64,000 nt of DNA from Tubulanus polymorphus (taxonomy: Eukaryota; Animalia; Nemertea), in the NCBI RefSeq assembly GCF_964204645.1, contig NW_027437456.1, positions 38,001 through 102,000 of the forward strand. The letters run 5' to 3'. The notes beneath the pieces are model-generated. The model did not search any database, was not told the origin of the DNA, and was given only the letters and a program-made list of their open reading frames with translations. Of the stretch, positions 13,441-26,413 are shown in pieces; position 1 is the first letter of the stretch, and each line of letters opens with the position of its first letter. The translations under genes and the position numbers were made by a program.

Positions 13441-15819
13441 ATGTTTGACAATAAAAATGTGCGTGCTGTTTATCCAGGGAATCAAACAGCTATGAAGGTA
13501 TCGGTTACAGAAAAGGCTGGATGGGGGAAAACTCATAGATTTGATGAAAAATATGAGTTCATATCAGGAATCAATGAAAAACCTGATGGAAAAATTGTTG
13601 AATTGATCATAAAATGTTCATCGAAATCAAATGATTGTCGCTCCGCATGTGGTGAATTACTTAGTAGTTTAGACAGATCAACAAAAGCTATGAACTGTAC
13701 TGCATGTGGTCTAAACTTAGAATTGCCTAATAACATTTGTGAACACTGTGCATCTACGTCGAGTCAGAAATGGATTTTAGATGTTAATGGTAGAAAACTT
13801 TGTAGTACTTGCTACAATTATAAATTGAGAACAAACAGGGATCGGCCAGCCCAGATAAGATTAAATAATCAATCAAAACGCTTTCATCACCCTCATCTAG
13901 TTTGCGATTGGAAATTAAAGCTTGTCTTATATGGTGATAACCTTTCAATGTGGAAGGTATATAAACATTGCGATAATGATAAATATCATAAGAATGTTCC
14001 TGTACAATTAAATAAGCGTCCATCCCTGGCAACCAGAGATAAATGGGATCAACAACGAATTGTACTTAAAGCTACTCCAAAACAAGTTCTTTCTGCTACA
14101 AACAATCAACAGAAAGTCCATTTGTCAAATGAAAATGAGGAAAGCTCCTCATCAAATCATACATTAAAGCAAGTAAGTGATCGATTGCGTTATATCGATA
14201 GGGAGGCTGTTAGAAAAAGTATGCGAAGCCAAGATGATATCCCTTTGATTGGCTCAGATTGGCGCAATACTGAAAAACTATTAGAGACTGAAGTAGAATC
14301 GGTGATTTTATTTCAAAGAGGAGATCGCAGTTTTAAAAGAAATTATCATTTTGTATTAGCTCCTGAAAAAAATCTTTCATATTTATCAAAGTTTGGGCGT
14401 TCGGTTATAGGAATGGATGTTAAACATGATTTCAATGCAGTTAGATTTAAAACAAGCTTTATTACATTTACTGATAGTTTAAATGAAGGTCGTATAGCAG
14501 CAGCTTCAGTGAGCAATTCCGATGATGCAGATTCGCATGCTCTGTCGCTTCAGATTTTATGTGCTAATACACCTTGTCAAAGAAAAGAATGTCAACATCC
14601 TAGAAAGTTCTATATATACAATGATGGCTGTGGTTTTTTCTCAATCCGTCCATGTTCTTTCATTCAAGCCCTTTCTCCTCTGGTTCAACATGACAAAGAT
14701 ACTGCCCTTAAAAGGGGAGCATCATTAAATGGTTTGCTGTCTGTACTGTGTAATTTTCATGCTTTACAGTGAATTCGACGTACTTTGAATGACAATTCAC
14801 AATTGAAATTGCTTATCAGGCCATTAGAGAAAGGATTTAAATGTGTTATGCGCTCATGGGATGAACCTTCTCGCAATATCCTTGCTAAAGAATTTCTTAA
14901 ATTTATAAAGAATAATATCCCTTCAAATTTACTAAGCGATGACTCAAAAAAAAAATTTGATAAATTATCTTGAGACAAATAGGTTTTCATCCGAAACATG
15001 GTCAGACATATTTAATGCTGCGCCATTATATCGTACCATAGCTACTGAACGTCACAATCCCCTTCTTATGACAGACAATGTTACTGAACGAAAATTCAAA
15101 GATATAGATTCAACGTATTTAAGCAATCATCTCAACCGTTTGATTTCAATTTTTGTAGTAAAAATACTCCGTTATGTATTTGATAATGATTTAAAAGCGG
15201 CCAATTTAAATTACCAAAAATCTTCAGAGAAGATTCGAACTATACGAAAGAAGACATAAGTGCGAGAAACCTGTGATAGAGCACTTGAATTAGTAAAGGG
15301 TGGATTTTTGGTTGCGTGTGATGGAGATGGTTGGGGTGTTTTTGAAAGTCCTCGTAGAAAGTCGAATAGAAATAAATGCGGGTCTGAAGATCTATCAGAT
15401 GAGCCGCTGCCTGATCAATTTTTGAAAGTGTCAGAATGTTAGAAGATAGATTACCATCAAGTACACCTATAAGTAGTCAGTTTCTCTCCTCCTGTGATTT
15501 TAATCAGATCTCTAATGAACACAGTTATGATATGATCAGCAAATGTCGCAGTTATGTTGGAGACTTAGATTCACTTGCTGCGAGACTTTATTTTAAGTAT
15601 TTATTCACCTTGGTTCCGGATGCAATACAAGAGAAAATAGGCGATAATTCTCATATAGTTAATCTTCAACTAGGTATTTGTAGCAGCGAAGCATTTATTA
15701 TGAAGGGTCAACCTTACTTCTGCAAACATCTATTTGCCCTAATGGCTCACAACAAGAAACTAAACAGTGTTGAAGCAATCATTTTTTTCTCAGAGTTTAA
15801 AAAAAATCATATACTTTGA
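13441..15819 (+). pseudogene. GATA-like zinc finger, MULE DDE core and SWIM finger
   Basis: CEHCASTSSQKW...LCSTCYNY; VIGMDVKH (D1), VQHDKDTAL (D2), LCNFH (CxxH), TDNVTERKFK (E); CSSEAF...FCKHLFA (degenerate SWIM). Confidence 0.82.
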
Positions 15820-16235
15820 TAGTTCATTTAAAAATGTTGACTGCCTTCCGGAAGTCATGGAAGGCAACCTGGATCCGCCCCTGATAAATTAGGAAAAACG
15901 GTACTCGATGAAAAGATTGACTTGTCACAAAATGTAATTAGTGAACCAAAATAAACCAGCTGAAAGTGAATTGCAAGTGAATCATAATAAAGAAAACCCC
16001 GACTTAGGTATTGATAATGAAGATGATATTGGTAATGATGACTCGACTGTAGATAAAAAAAACATGTGAAGTTACTTCAGACCTAAAAGAAACAAATAAA
16101 AGTGTTCCTGTCAACACAAATAAGACAGTTCTATGTTCGTTATGCGTAAAAAATAATTCTGAATCTCCTTATATTTGTTCAAGTCGTCCGGAGCTTGATA
16201 AACATATATCTGTTGTCCATGACCTAAAACTTATC

Positions 16236-16718
16236 ATGTGCTCAATATGTTGGGCATCGGGTGTTACTTTATCTTTTCCTAGTATACCACATTTAGAAAA
16301 ACATGTTAAACTTGTACATAAATTCAATAGAGTTAAAAGAGTTAAATACTCAAAGACTAGAAATAAGAATGTCACAGAAAAAATATCAGAGGTAAATAAA
16401 TGTAACAATGAAGTCGATTTGGAGAAATTAACAAACAATATTGGTTCCCCTGGTATTCGAAATATTGCTAAGTTAAAACTAAAAGATGTCTGTAAAGATA
16501 AGAAAGAGAAAAGTCCATCTGAGATTATGGCAGAAACAAAAATACAAACACAATGGAGGTGTCCTGTATGCAAACAGAATTGTAGCTCTAACCCAAGTAA
16601 ACATCAATCAATTGGGTGCGATACATGTGACCAATGGTTTCACTGGAAATATGTTGGTTTGACTGATGAACCATTGACTGAGAAATGGTTTTGTCTTTGC
16701 TGTGACCCGAACATGTAA
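16236..16718 (+). pseudogene. C-terminal C2H2-like and PHD finger segment of the MULE gene
   Basis: CSIC...HVKLVH; CPVC...IGCDTCDQWFHWKYVGL...WFCLCC (one ligand Cys changed to Tyr). Confidence 0.8.
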
Positions 16719-16885
16719 ATTCCTTCGATTTTGCTTTGAGAAAGTTGCGGAGCGAGTACCTGGGAATAAAAACGTGGGAAGGGTGATTTCTCTGTGACTT
16801 TTTTGAAGTGCAGCAATTCTCTTACAAGAAAAACAAGAAATCAAAGTCTGTCACTCCAGGGCTGACGTTTTCTTTTTTTACCGCA

Positions 16886-17213
16886 TTATGTGATAGTAGA
16901 TTTCATTGAGTGAAAATTGTTATGTGATAGTAGATTTCATTGAATGAGAGTGGTTAAGTGATAGTAGATTTCATTGAGTGAGAGTTGTTATGTGATAGTA
17001 GATTTCATTGAGTGAGAGTTGTTATGTGATAGATTTCATTGAGTGAGAGTTGTTATGTGATAGTAGATTTCATTGAGTGAAAATTGTTATGTGATAGTAG
17101 ATTTAATTGAGTGAGAGTTGTTATGTGATAGTAGATTTCATTGAGTGAGAGTTGTTATGTGATAGTAGATTTCATTGAGTGAGAGTTGTTATGTGATAGT
17201 AGATTTCATTGAG
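16886..17213. repeat. 34-bp minisatellite, about 10 units (atgtgatagtagatttcattgagtgagagttgtt)
   Basis: Head-to-tail copies with no spacers. Confidence 0.95.
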
Positions 17214-17646
17214 ATCTAATGTTTAATACAAACTTGTGGATTCATCAACATCTTTCTTTTTTCAGATGGATTTATCTGCATGTGGGTTTATTTATCCCTT
17301 TTCTTATTCTGCCCATCCCTCTCAACATGTACCCTCATGTATTTACATTCCATCACATTGTGTTGCGTAATAGTTATTGAAATAAATATACAGCTGTACA
17401 ATTTAAACTTTCATCTCTTTTAGCTTTATATGGTATTGTATATTGTATAACAATTATCAAAATTAATATTCAATTTAAACTTTTATCTTTTAGCTTTATA
17501 TGAAAAGGTAATGAAATTCATGTTTTAACTATATACATGTACTACACATTCACTTGTAAACATTCTTGCACGCGTACAATATTCTTCGTGCTGGTTTCTT
17601 ACTGGTGCTTTTGTTGCTTAGGTTTAATATCTCACATCTCTATGTA

Positions 17647-17835
17647 CAGTCAACCCCCCTCCTCGATATACTGCGCCCAAATCGGTGCAGGACAATTTTC
17701 GCTGTGTAAAGAGTATGGCAGTATATCGGCGTGTGTTTTACTATATATTTGTATGGAGTAATACATAGAGCAAACCTGGTCGTAGGCATGTGTGGCGGTA
17801 TATGGGAGGGCGGGGCGGTATATAGGGGTAGACTG
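17647..17835. mobile_element. Tc1/mariner (pogo/Tigger-like) MITE
   Basis: TA-cagtcaacccc ... ggggtagactg-TA. Confidence 0.7.
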
Positions 17836-20800
17836 TACTTCTTTCACTTTAATATTATTTATATGATTTATTCCAGTGGTATTGTTTTCTCTTTACATCT
17901 TTGTTGTTCTTGTTTTACTTTGATTATAGACGTATTGTTTTTCTATACATCTGTGTTGTACTTTTTCTACTTTGATATATTATTTATTATAGATGTATTG
18001 TTTTTCCCTACAATTTTGTTGTACTTGTTTAAGTTATGTATTGTTTTTATAAATCCTCGGTAGAGAGTCGAGTTAAATAACCATAAAAGCGTAAACATGA
18101 TGCATCTCATTTTCAAATGAGGAAATAAGTTTATAAATAATGAACGTTTTCATAAAACAAGTGACTACAAATGGATAACAAGATACCTTGTTCCTGAAAA
18201 CGTTCTTTATTAATGAACTTATTTACTCGATTGAAAATGAGATTCATCGTGTTTATACTTTTATGGTTATTGTTTTTATACTTACATCTTCGGTGTACTT
18301 TCTCACTTCAATGCATAAATTGATTCAAGATGTATTGTTTTTTTACATTGTCAGTGTACTGTTGACTTGAATGTATGTATGTTTTCTACGTGTATGTTTT
18401 TTAGATGCCCCAAAAGACATGTGTACTTTAAGATCATGTAAATCAAATGATCTTCAACCTTGTAATTATGGCTATTTCCAAAATCTCGATGTATTAATTA
18501 GGCAGCCAAGAAAATTCACCCCAATCAGTCGCTTGCCGGTTCAGACTGACTGAAGATTGTTTCGAATGAACCGGAACCGAATTTCCCAATTATGTACTTC
18601 GATTTAAACAAAAAATTCTGTAAACTCGACCGCCGATCACACAACTATATCTGTACTTCGATTTCCGATTTCGAAATTAAACCCCCTGTTTCGCTCCCGG
18701 CAGGTGTGGTGGGTTTGTCTCAATCGAAAGATCGAACGAAATTTACCAACCAAATAAATAACAGGGACAATCCCTATTTTAAGATAAAAAAATATCATGT
18801 AAATCAAAAAATAATCTAAAACCAATTGCTTAAATGATGTGTTTTGGTTTTGCATCAGTGTCTTTGTACACTATAGATAGGTAAACATTGAAGTTACTGG
18901 TATTGCTGTTAGCATTTATGTTGACAAAACTATAATGGTATCCCCTAACTATTTTCTAATGTACATGTACTAGAAGTTAAGCTAGAATAATTTTGGAGCT
19001 TGGTGCATTATTTTCCACAGATAACTTAGTAGATCATTGTGCAGTATTATGAGAATAAGTTGGTATTATTGCATTCACAATTAATTATGATTAAAATTAA
19101 TTACAATTTATTAATATTGGTATTATTGCAATCACAGAGGTACTTTTATTTCACTGCTTTTGTGGCTGTTGTGGGGTGAGTACCTGGGAACTAAAACGTG
19201 GGAAGGGTACTTTCTTCATGACTTCCTAGAGGTAGTGGTTTAATTTTTACCACTAGAAACTTGTTTGATAAAAACATTCTGTCAACTATATGTCTAGATA
19301 ATCTCATCTTATGTTTATACGAACAAGTGAATTATTAAAATAAATTGATTCCATTCATATTATATATTTCTCTAGTTATTCAATCAATCAGGAGCCTAGT
19401 TCCATAGGTGTGAGTTATGATTCGACCAATTTTAACCCACAACCAACACAACAGGATCACAGCATTCTACGATTTTGCCAATAATTGCTTAAGAGGATCA
19501 TTTGTATTTTTGAGGATGACAGGTGTTCAAGTGGGCTTCCTGTAAGCTGAAGATATAGGTCTATACCGGTACATTGAAAAAAATGATGTATTTTTCTGTT
19601 ACTCATTCGGGATTCGAACCTTGCACATACATACACCCTGGGTTTATCAAAGTTTATTATTTCATATTCGGGATGCTATAACATTTTTACACGGCAAACA
19701 ATAAACCAGTGACACTTACATCATTAAAGTTCATGTCGAAACGGTTTGAAATACGATGGGTAATTTTCGGGATTCGAACCTAATAGCGCCACTTAAAAGA
19801 TGAACCAGCGCAATAAGATCAATATTTCATCAATATTTTACGGGATTCGAACCTAATAGAAATTGCGTAGAAACTACAGCGACTTATAGTCATTAAAGTT
19901 CACATGCTGTTCACATGTAGTGACGCATGCGCCCTCTGCCGATTTCTCGACTTAGAGCAATTTCCTGCACTGACTAATGCACATGCGTCAGCTAGAAACG
20001 GAGACTTGGGGAACTTTACGGTTTTTGCGATAACTATAAGATTACGCAGAGCAAAACAGTTCCGTCGGTTCCGCGATGTTTATAGTTCCACTTGATAGTA
20101 GTGTAAATTTTATTTGTTTCACAGCTATGATTTTCTAATATTTAACATTAAAAATTTAAAAAAGTAGTTTCACAATAGATGATTTGATAGCAAAGGTAAA
20201 GGGAGTAAAAATTCAGTTAGCGTAAGGATACGCAACAGAGTGATGACGCCTTTAGACTGGTTACCTGTCCTATTCAATATCATACTCGCTTGCCAGTGGT
20301 CCAGTATGGCTCTCCGAACGAACTCGCTTCCACCAGCAGAATGGCTTTAGCTTAGTGGCCGGCTATTTATACTGTGCTCAAATGTATTTGTAAAATACGT
20401 ATGGAGGACGATTTTGAATGTCGACCAGTCACTGTCTGAGAGGAATTAAATGTCTTTGCACAGATATTATTGCTATTAGTATTAAACTACCAGTAGCAAT
20501 TATCAAAAGAAATATACTGTTTCAGGTGGTTTTGCAAAATCATTGAAGACATCATTGAAATCATTTAAAGCCTCTAGAAATATTATTTCTTGAGTTATAG
20601 AGGTACCAGTTATAAAGAATGCATACGCCATATATATTAAGGAGTAAAAAGTAAACAAAAAACATTTTCTTTATTTTGAAAAGAAAACATTGCAATATGA
20701 AATAAAGTACATGTAGATGTAAATTATAACATAGAATCATGGATGATGAAAAATTGAATTACAATAAATAAATTGTACAGTCATCATGTAATCAAATATC

Positions 20801-21732
20801 AAACATCACAGTGTTAAAATAGGACAATTTTTACACAAACCAAATTTAGCTAAAGCAACATTCGTGAATCATATAATTAGAACAATTAAATTTGTACGGT
20901 AACAGAAATGACATAATGAGTCATAGTCATGTTGAACAATTTCATGTAAAATCAGAGCGGAGTGAAGTAAACATAAACTTACATGTAAAATGAAGAGATT
21001 AAAAGTTTAGGAATTTTCAATTTTGCATGTATAAGTCAAAATTGTTTCTATAGAACTTAGAAATTAAGATTGATTTGAAGTTAGAAATTGTGTTACGGTT
21101 TCACAAGTCGCAGTTTGGGTTTTTTATACGTTAAGCGTTGTAGTAGGGCAACCAAAAAGAATAACAGTAATAAGCAAGTTTTCAATAATACTTTTGAAGT
21201 ATAATACAGGTCTTTCTAAAGATAAAGTTTGGACTAAATTGTGTTCTGGCAACCATTTTTTGGTTCATGTGCCTTTTGCATAAGTATAGGTCAGACACAA
21301 GCCTAGAAGCAACCAATTGACGTAACAGCTTGTCCTCAGAAAGTAATGTTGATAAATAACGACGGCAAAAATGATTATCACATATCTGCAACTGTTATTT
21401 AGTAGGATGCAACATCTTTTTAAATAAATACATATATTACTAAAGGAAATACACACGGAGTAGGAAATGAAAGTGTTGACAATATATAAATTATACAGAC
21501 ACACTATCTAATGAGAATATATATGAATAAAGAAATATATTTGATTAAATATATTTCAATGATGCTAATATTTGATTCTAGCGTATCGACATATTCTTTG
21601 TTTTACATAAACTTCTTGTCAGTTGGATTCCTGTGTTCGATGAATAGTTGCAAGAAGTGGCATATTCAGAATACAACAACGAGTCTATAACAGTATTTAA
21701 GTAATGCTTCTTAAATGTATATTGTTGAGTGA

Positions 21733-22645
21733 GCGTTGCAGCTTGTTAATTGCTGAAATGATAAAACATTTTTGTAAATAAATTAGGAATTATAAGGCTA
21801 ACTAAATCACATAAGTGCATATTAATGTTACATGAATGCAATGACAATTACCTGATTTATAGTCAATTCAGACACATGACTCGAATGAACTCATCTTAGG
21901 GATGCGAGCAACATCCCATTTATACAGGAATGCAACAGTTGTTTGTTGAGTTGTAGGTATAGTTGTGTTAAGTTGTTGCAGCAAGTTGTACTTCCACAGT
22001 ACCAGACAGCGGAGTCAAGCTGGTTGAATCAATTTAAGACCAGCATATATAATTAAAGAAAGCTGTCTCTACATGTATTTCCTGAAAGTTAGCAAGATAT
22101 TGAAATGAGTAATCATTGAGATAGAAAAATGGAAACTTCTTTATATGCACAGGACTATTTTACCTCTTTTTACCTCTTGAACCATGAGTTAAATATCATT
22201 ATAGATGTAAATGGTATGTTTTGAAATAACTGTTTCAAGTAATGTTTCTTATGTTTTCTTTTGTTGGGTCTGCATTGCAGCTTGTTAATTGCGAAAATGA
22301 TCAATATAAAAGTTAACAATTTTTGCAAATAAATTGAGATTTATAAGGAAAAGTAAGAGTATATCAATGAGTAATGAATGAATAAACATTACAAGTACCT
22401 GATTTAAATTCAATTCAGACATATGACTCTAATGGGTTGTTAAGAATATGAGCAACATCACATTTATACAAAGCAACAGTACTTTACGGCTGTAGAGTTG
22501 TTGGTATACTAGTTGTGTAAACTTGTTGCAGCCTTTGTAGTTCGACAGGAATAGATTGCGGACTCAAGCTGGTTAGAGTAATTGAGAACTGGCAAGTAGA
22601 ATAATAGGAAGTTATATCTAATTCTTAAAAGTTAGCAAGATACCG
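21733..22645. repeat. Old diverged tandem duplication, period about 540 bp
   Basis: ttgcagcttgttaattgc, tacctgattta..tcaattcagaca and aaagttagcaagata each recur about 530-545 bp apart. Confidence 0.7.
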
Positions 22646-24448
22646 AAAATCACTAACAAATGAAATTGAAACATGCTAATTAGGGTTTTCTGTTACATCA
22701 CAGAAAACCCTATTGAGATTCGCGTGTTTCTTCTTATTATTATTTTATGTCACACTATTTTCACTAAAAGAACTAAGGCTTTGTTACCTTGCCGATGTTG
22801 TCGATACAATCCGTATGATATCGTTCAGCTTACTGAGATCTACAAATACTCCGCGTGTTTTTTCACGAATCATCGTTATAAAAGCACTGTCGGGCCGTAA
22901 ACATCGAAAATTTAGCCCCATTCAATGGGCGACATGTTTTTCGAGTCGTCATCCCGAAATCAACCCGCAGGCCGATATTCACTTCGAATATCAATTCAAG
23001 TATAAATGAACTAATTTATTGCCGCAGACTTCACATTCCGCCGCGGTCTTCAAACAGTAATTTTAACAATAGCTCATTTTCTTCATCAAATAATTTTACC
23101 GATACACTGGAAATTTACTACTTTAGATTTTAAAAGCACTGTCGAGCCGTAAACATCGACGAATCGACGTGTGTCACTACATCGTCGTTCCGTGGATCAG
23201 CTGCGAGTTTCTCCTCATCATGAGAATCAAATCGAGTGCTAATTAATTTATTACTACCAGTGATTTGGCTGCGGGTTTCAAGGAGTTAGTTTAACAATAC
23301 CTATTTTTCATTACCGAATTAACTGTGTATTTACTAAGATAAATCTTTAGTGTACTGGGGAGTCGTAGGCCTAAACTAAACACGCCGAAGAGATATAACA
23401 GAGAAAAGTTGTTATGTCGACGAGGTATCAAAATAAAAGAATAATTACTTTATTCGGCCGCGGGCTTCAACCTCTATATCAATACCATCAATACTCTATA
23501 TTTCCTACAGTACATACCGATCATTGTCAAATGCACAAGCTTTTTACTAAATACAAGTATATAACACACTCCTATCCGTATGCTGGACTCACACTTGACA
23601 TTCGGAGTAAGCGTTCGCTGTGGGGGAAAGGAGATCGTTCGCTGTGTCGCTTGAAGATTGAGTTTTACGCGACCTTAAGGTTTTAGGCCTACCGGAAATG
23701 ACCTTTAATGTCTCAAACAAACACAGTATAATTGTTGCGTTTATAAACGGACTCATTGGATTGAACTTCAAAACAAAATTTACGATATCTAGGAGGGTTG
23801 TTATTCAATAGGCCTACGACCAATCTGTCCGGATGTTAGGCCTACGCATATACATAGGCCTACGTAGGCTGGTAGCCTCTACTAGGTTAAAGCTAAGTTC
23901 ACTGTAAATGAGGAATCAGATTTATTAAAATGCATGTGTAATTAGTGAGTAACTGGTTCTGACTTGCAACGATCAATCACCATTATCAAATTTATTGGCA
24001 AAAATGAAGATTTTTTTTAAATTCCGTCTGAGCAGACAGCTTTATAAGCCAATGATGAAAAAACTAAAATGAAAAGTCTGGCTTATAAAGCTGAGTTTTT
24101 TCATCATAAATGAAACTGGTATTTCATTAATTCCTTATAACTTAAGCCGGACGTAGGTCGGCTTTGCGACGGCTTGTGACTCACTGGGACGCCATTCACG
24201 GCAACCGCCAGCGACGATTGTGTCGCAACTACTCATCGACCTACGCTCCCTTGCGACGGGTTGCGACTGTCAGCAACGCCAGTCACAAGGAGTCGCACCT
24301 GTTCTACTTTCTGCGCCGCGACGCGACTGTCACAACCGACCTACGCGCTCTTGCGATTGGCAGAAACTATAGTCGAAAAAAGTTACTGACAATCGTATCG
24401 CAACCGACTTGCATCGAAACTTGCGATGCAACGCAATGATCGCATCGC

Positions 24449-24910
24449 AGTAATAGGGATAATAGGCTTTCAAGCCAAAGGTCGAACGGTCGAGCTCGTA
24501 AAAAATGAAAAACATGAAAATAATAACAATTTCTACTTGAATTACTCGCGAAACTCATAAAAATGAAAAATAAATTCTCACACGCTCGAATTTATTTTTC
24601 ATTTACTCACCCGCCCGTTCAACCTTTAGCTTGAAAGCCTATTATCCCTATTACTCTTAAAATATTTATATACATAAATAAAATATATATGAATAACATA
24701 TAAATTGATAGATTATTCAATATAAAAGTGTGAGCTCTTATTGAATAGATATAAAAGTATATATTTACAACATTATTTCAATATTCATATTTGTGTGAGT
24801 TAGATTTTTAAACATTAAAAGTGTTAGTAAAGTGTGATTGAAATAATGCATAATATAAATCATTGAACTTCTAAAATCAATTTAGTAAAAAAATATGTAT
24901 AATAAATGGA
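24449..24910 (+). repeat. Polinton left TIR, containing a terminal hairpin at 24449-24655
   Basis: Reverse complement of 41449-41971, apart from a ~60-bp deletion in the inner hairpin arm and a few substitutions. Confidence 0.95.
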
Positions 24911-25574
24911 ACCAGAACAACCACAAATTATCAATATTACAAATAACAATGGTGTCATAAATATATGTTACAAGAAGTGTTCTAAATGTGAATTAGATAA
25001 ATTAGCTATAACAGAATTTAATAAGCGTAAGATTAGCAAAGATGGTTTTCAATATTGCTGTAAAACTTGTTTTAAACTATATACCAAACAATATTGAGAA
25101 GATAATAGAGAAGCTTATAATGATTATATGACAGAATATATGAGAGAAAGATATCAAACAGATCTTAATTTTAGATTAAAACAATGTTTAAGATCTAGAT
25201 TAACACAATTATTCAACAAAGAAACACATTCAGAAACACTATCTAGTTTATTGGGTTGTTCAGATGAATTCTTAGAATCATGGATAATATATCAATTCGA
25301 TGATAAAATGAATATAGATAATTATGGTGAATACTTTCATATTGATCACGTGTTGCCGATTTCTAAATTTGACATGAGTGATGATTATAATAAGAAGCTA
25401 ATATGGAACTGGAAAAATTTAAGGCCTTTAGAAAAGAAGGAAAACATAATTAAATCTAATAAACTAGATTTACAGTTATATTTAGATCAACTGGATAAAG
25501 CAAAGACATTTGTTGAATTATGGAATAGTATTTCACAGAATCAACCGCATTCTGAGGTTTTGATCAGTGGTTAG
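24906..25574 (+). pseudogene. HNH/His-Me finger endonuclease with N-terminal CxxC...CxxC finger; one premature TGA at 25095
   Basis: KKCSKC...KDGFQYCCKTC; FHIDHVLP...WKNLRPLEKKENIIKSNK. The two ORFs are in frame; an intact homologue lies at 54759. Confidence 0.85.
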
Positions 25575-25945
25575 AAAGCTGGCAATTCTATTTGAGCTTT
25601 GTATGTATATAATACATAGCTTTTGCTTACTACTAAAACATATGTTGCCAAATATATCTTGTTTTCAATTCTAAAGAATTAATTAACTTCATCATAAAGA
25701 ACATCTGTGCAGAAGTAATTAGTTTGGTCAGGGAAGTGTCATCACACTTCCCTGGTTTGGTCAAACGTGCGCCACGTCGGCAGTTAGAAATCAACTTTCA
25801 CATAAATAGTACGTATTGGATATTCTCTCTCAAAACACAGTTTACAGTTCTAAATCTAAATATTAGTACATATATTATGAAGTAGGGAAACCTTTAAACA
25901 TATTTAAGTACAGGAATTCATTTTCACAACATCTTTTAGATTAAA

Positions 25946-26413
25946 ATGGAATACAGAGATCAACCAGAAATTCTAAGCCAACCAACGTATGAGGAACCAG
26001 AAACGACGGATAGTGAAACTCAGGAATCAATAGAAATGGAGGATGAAACTCTCGTAATTGACGAACAAACTTCACAAAAATTACAAGAGCATTTGGACTA
26101 TCATCAAGAAATGGTGAAAATTCTGAGTGATGTAATACATAATAAACAATTACCGCGCGAACTACAATTACCAAAATTACCAGCAACGCGACTTGAATTG
26201 CTGTTGGGACTCAAAGAATCGAAAACTAAGAAAATGAGTGGAGATATCAGTGCCGGCTTTGAAAGAAAACTGGGAAGAGTAGGTGGATTAATAAAATATG
26301 AAAAATTCAAAATATTAGGATTAGCATTTAGTGAAGTAGTAAGATATTTACCAGAAATTGAAGAAATGATTGGAAACAATCCAGGAATTAAAGAATTCTG
26401 GACAAAATTATAG
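25946..26413 (+). CDS. Polinton hypothetical protein, 155 aa, acidic N-terminus
   Basis: Open ORF with ATG context attaaaatgg; no motif recognised. Confidence 0.55.
   Translation: MEYRDQPEILSQPTYEEPETTDSETQESIEMEDETLVIDEQTSQKLQEHLDYHQEMVKILSDVIHNKQLPRELQLPKLPATRLELLLGLKESKTKKMSGDISAGFERKLGRVGGLIKYEKFKILGLAFSEVVRYLPEIEEMIGNNPGIKEFWTKL

Larger units (their letters stand above)
9718..16718 (+). pseudogene. Spliced multidomain Mutator-like (MULE) transposase pseudogene: SGNH hydrolase, Ulp1/SENP protease, GATA-like finger, MULE DDE, SWIM, C2H2, PHD
   Basis: GT-AG exons 9890-9956, 10056-10192, 10529-10677, 10771-10942, 11018-11191 and 11450-11518 splice in one open frame into a long exon from 11591. 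That exon carries several stops and frameshifts. Confidence 0.82.

Noticed and set aside
16886-17213. CRISPR-like array of ~34-bp repeats
   Set aside because: Units are contiguous with no unique spacers, no cas genes are present and the context is eukaryotic; it is a minisatellite.
19605-19860. tRNA genes
   Set aside because: B-box only; no acceptor stem or cloverleaf found.
21733-22645. Duplicated host exons (LRR-like) on the minus strand
   Set aside because: Possible splice sites exist, but trial translations contain stops and no consistent motif.
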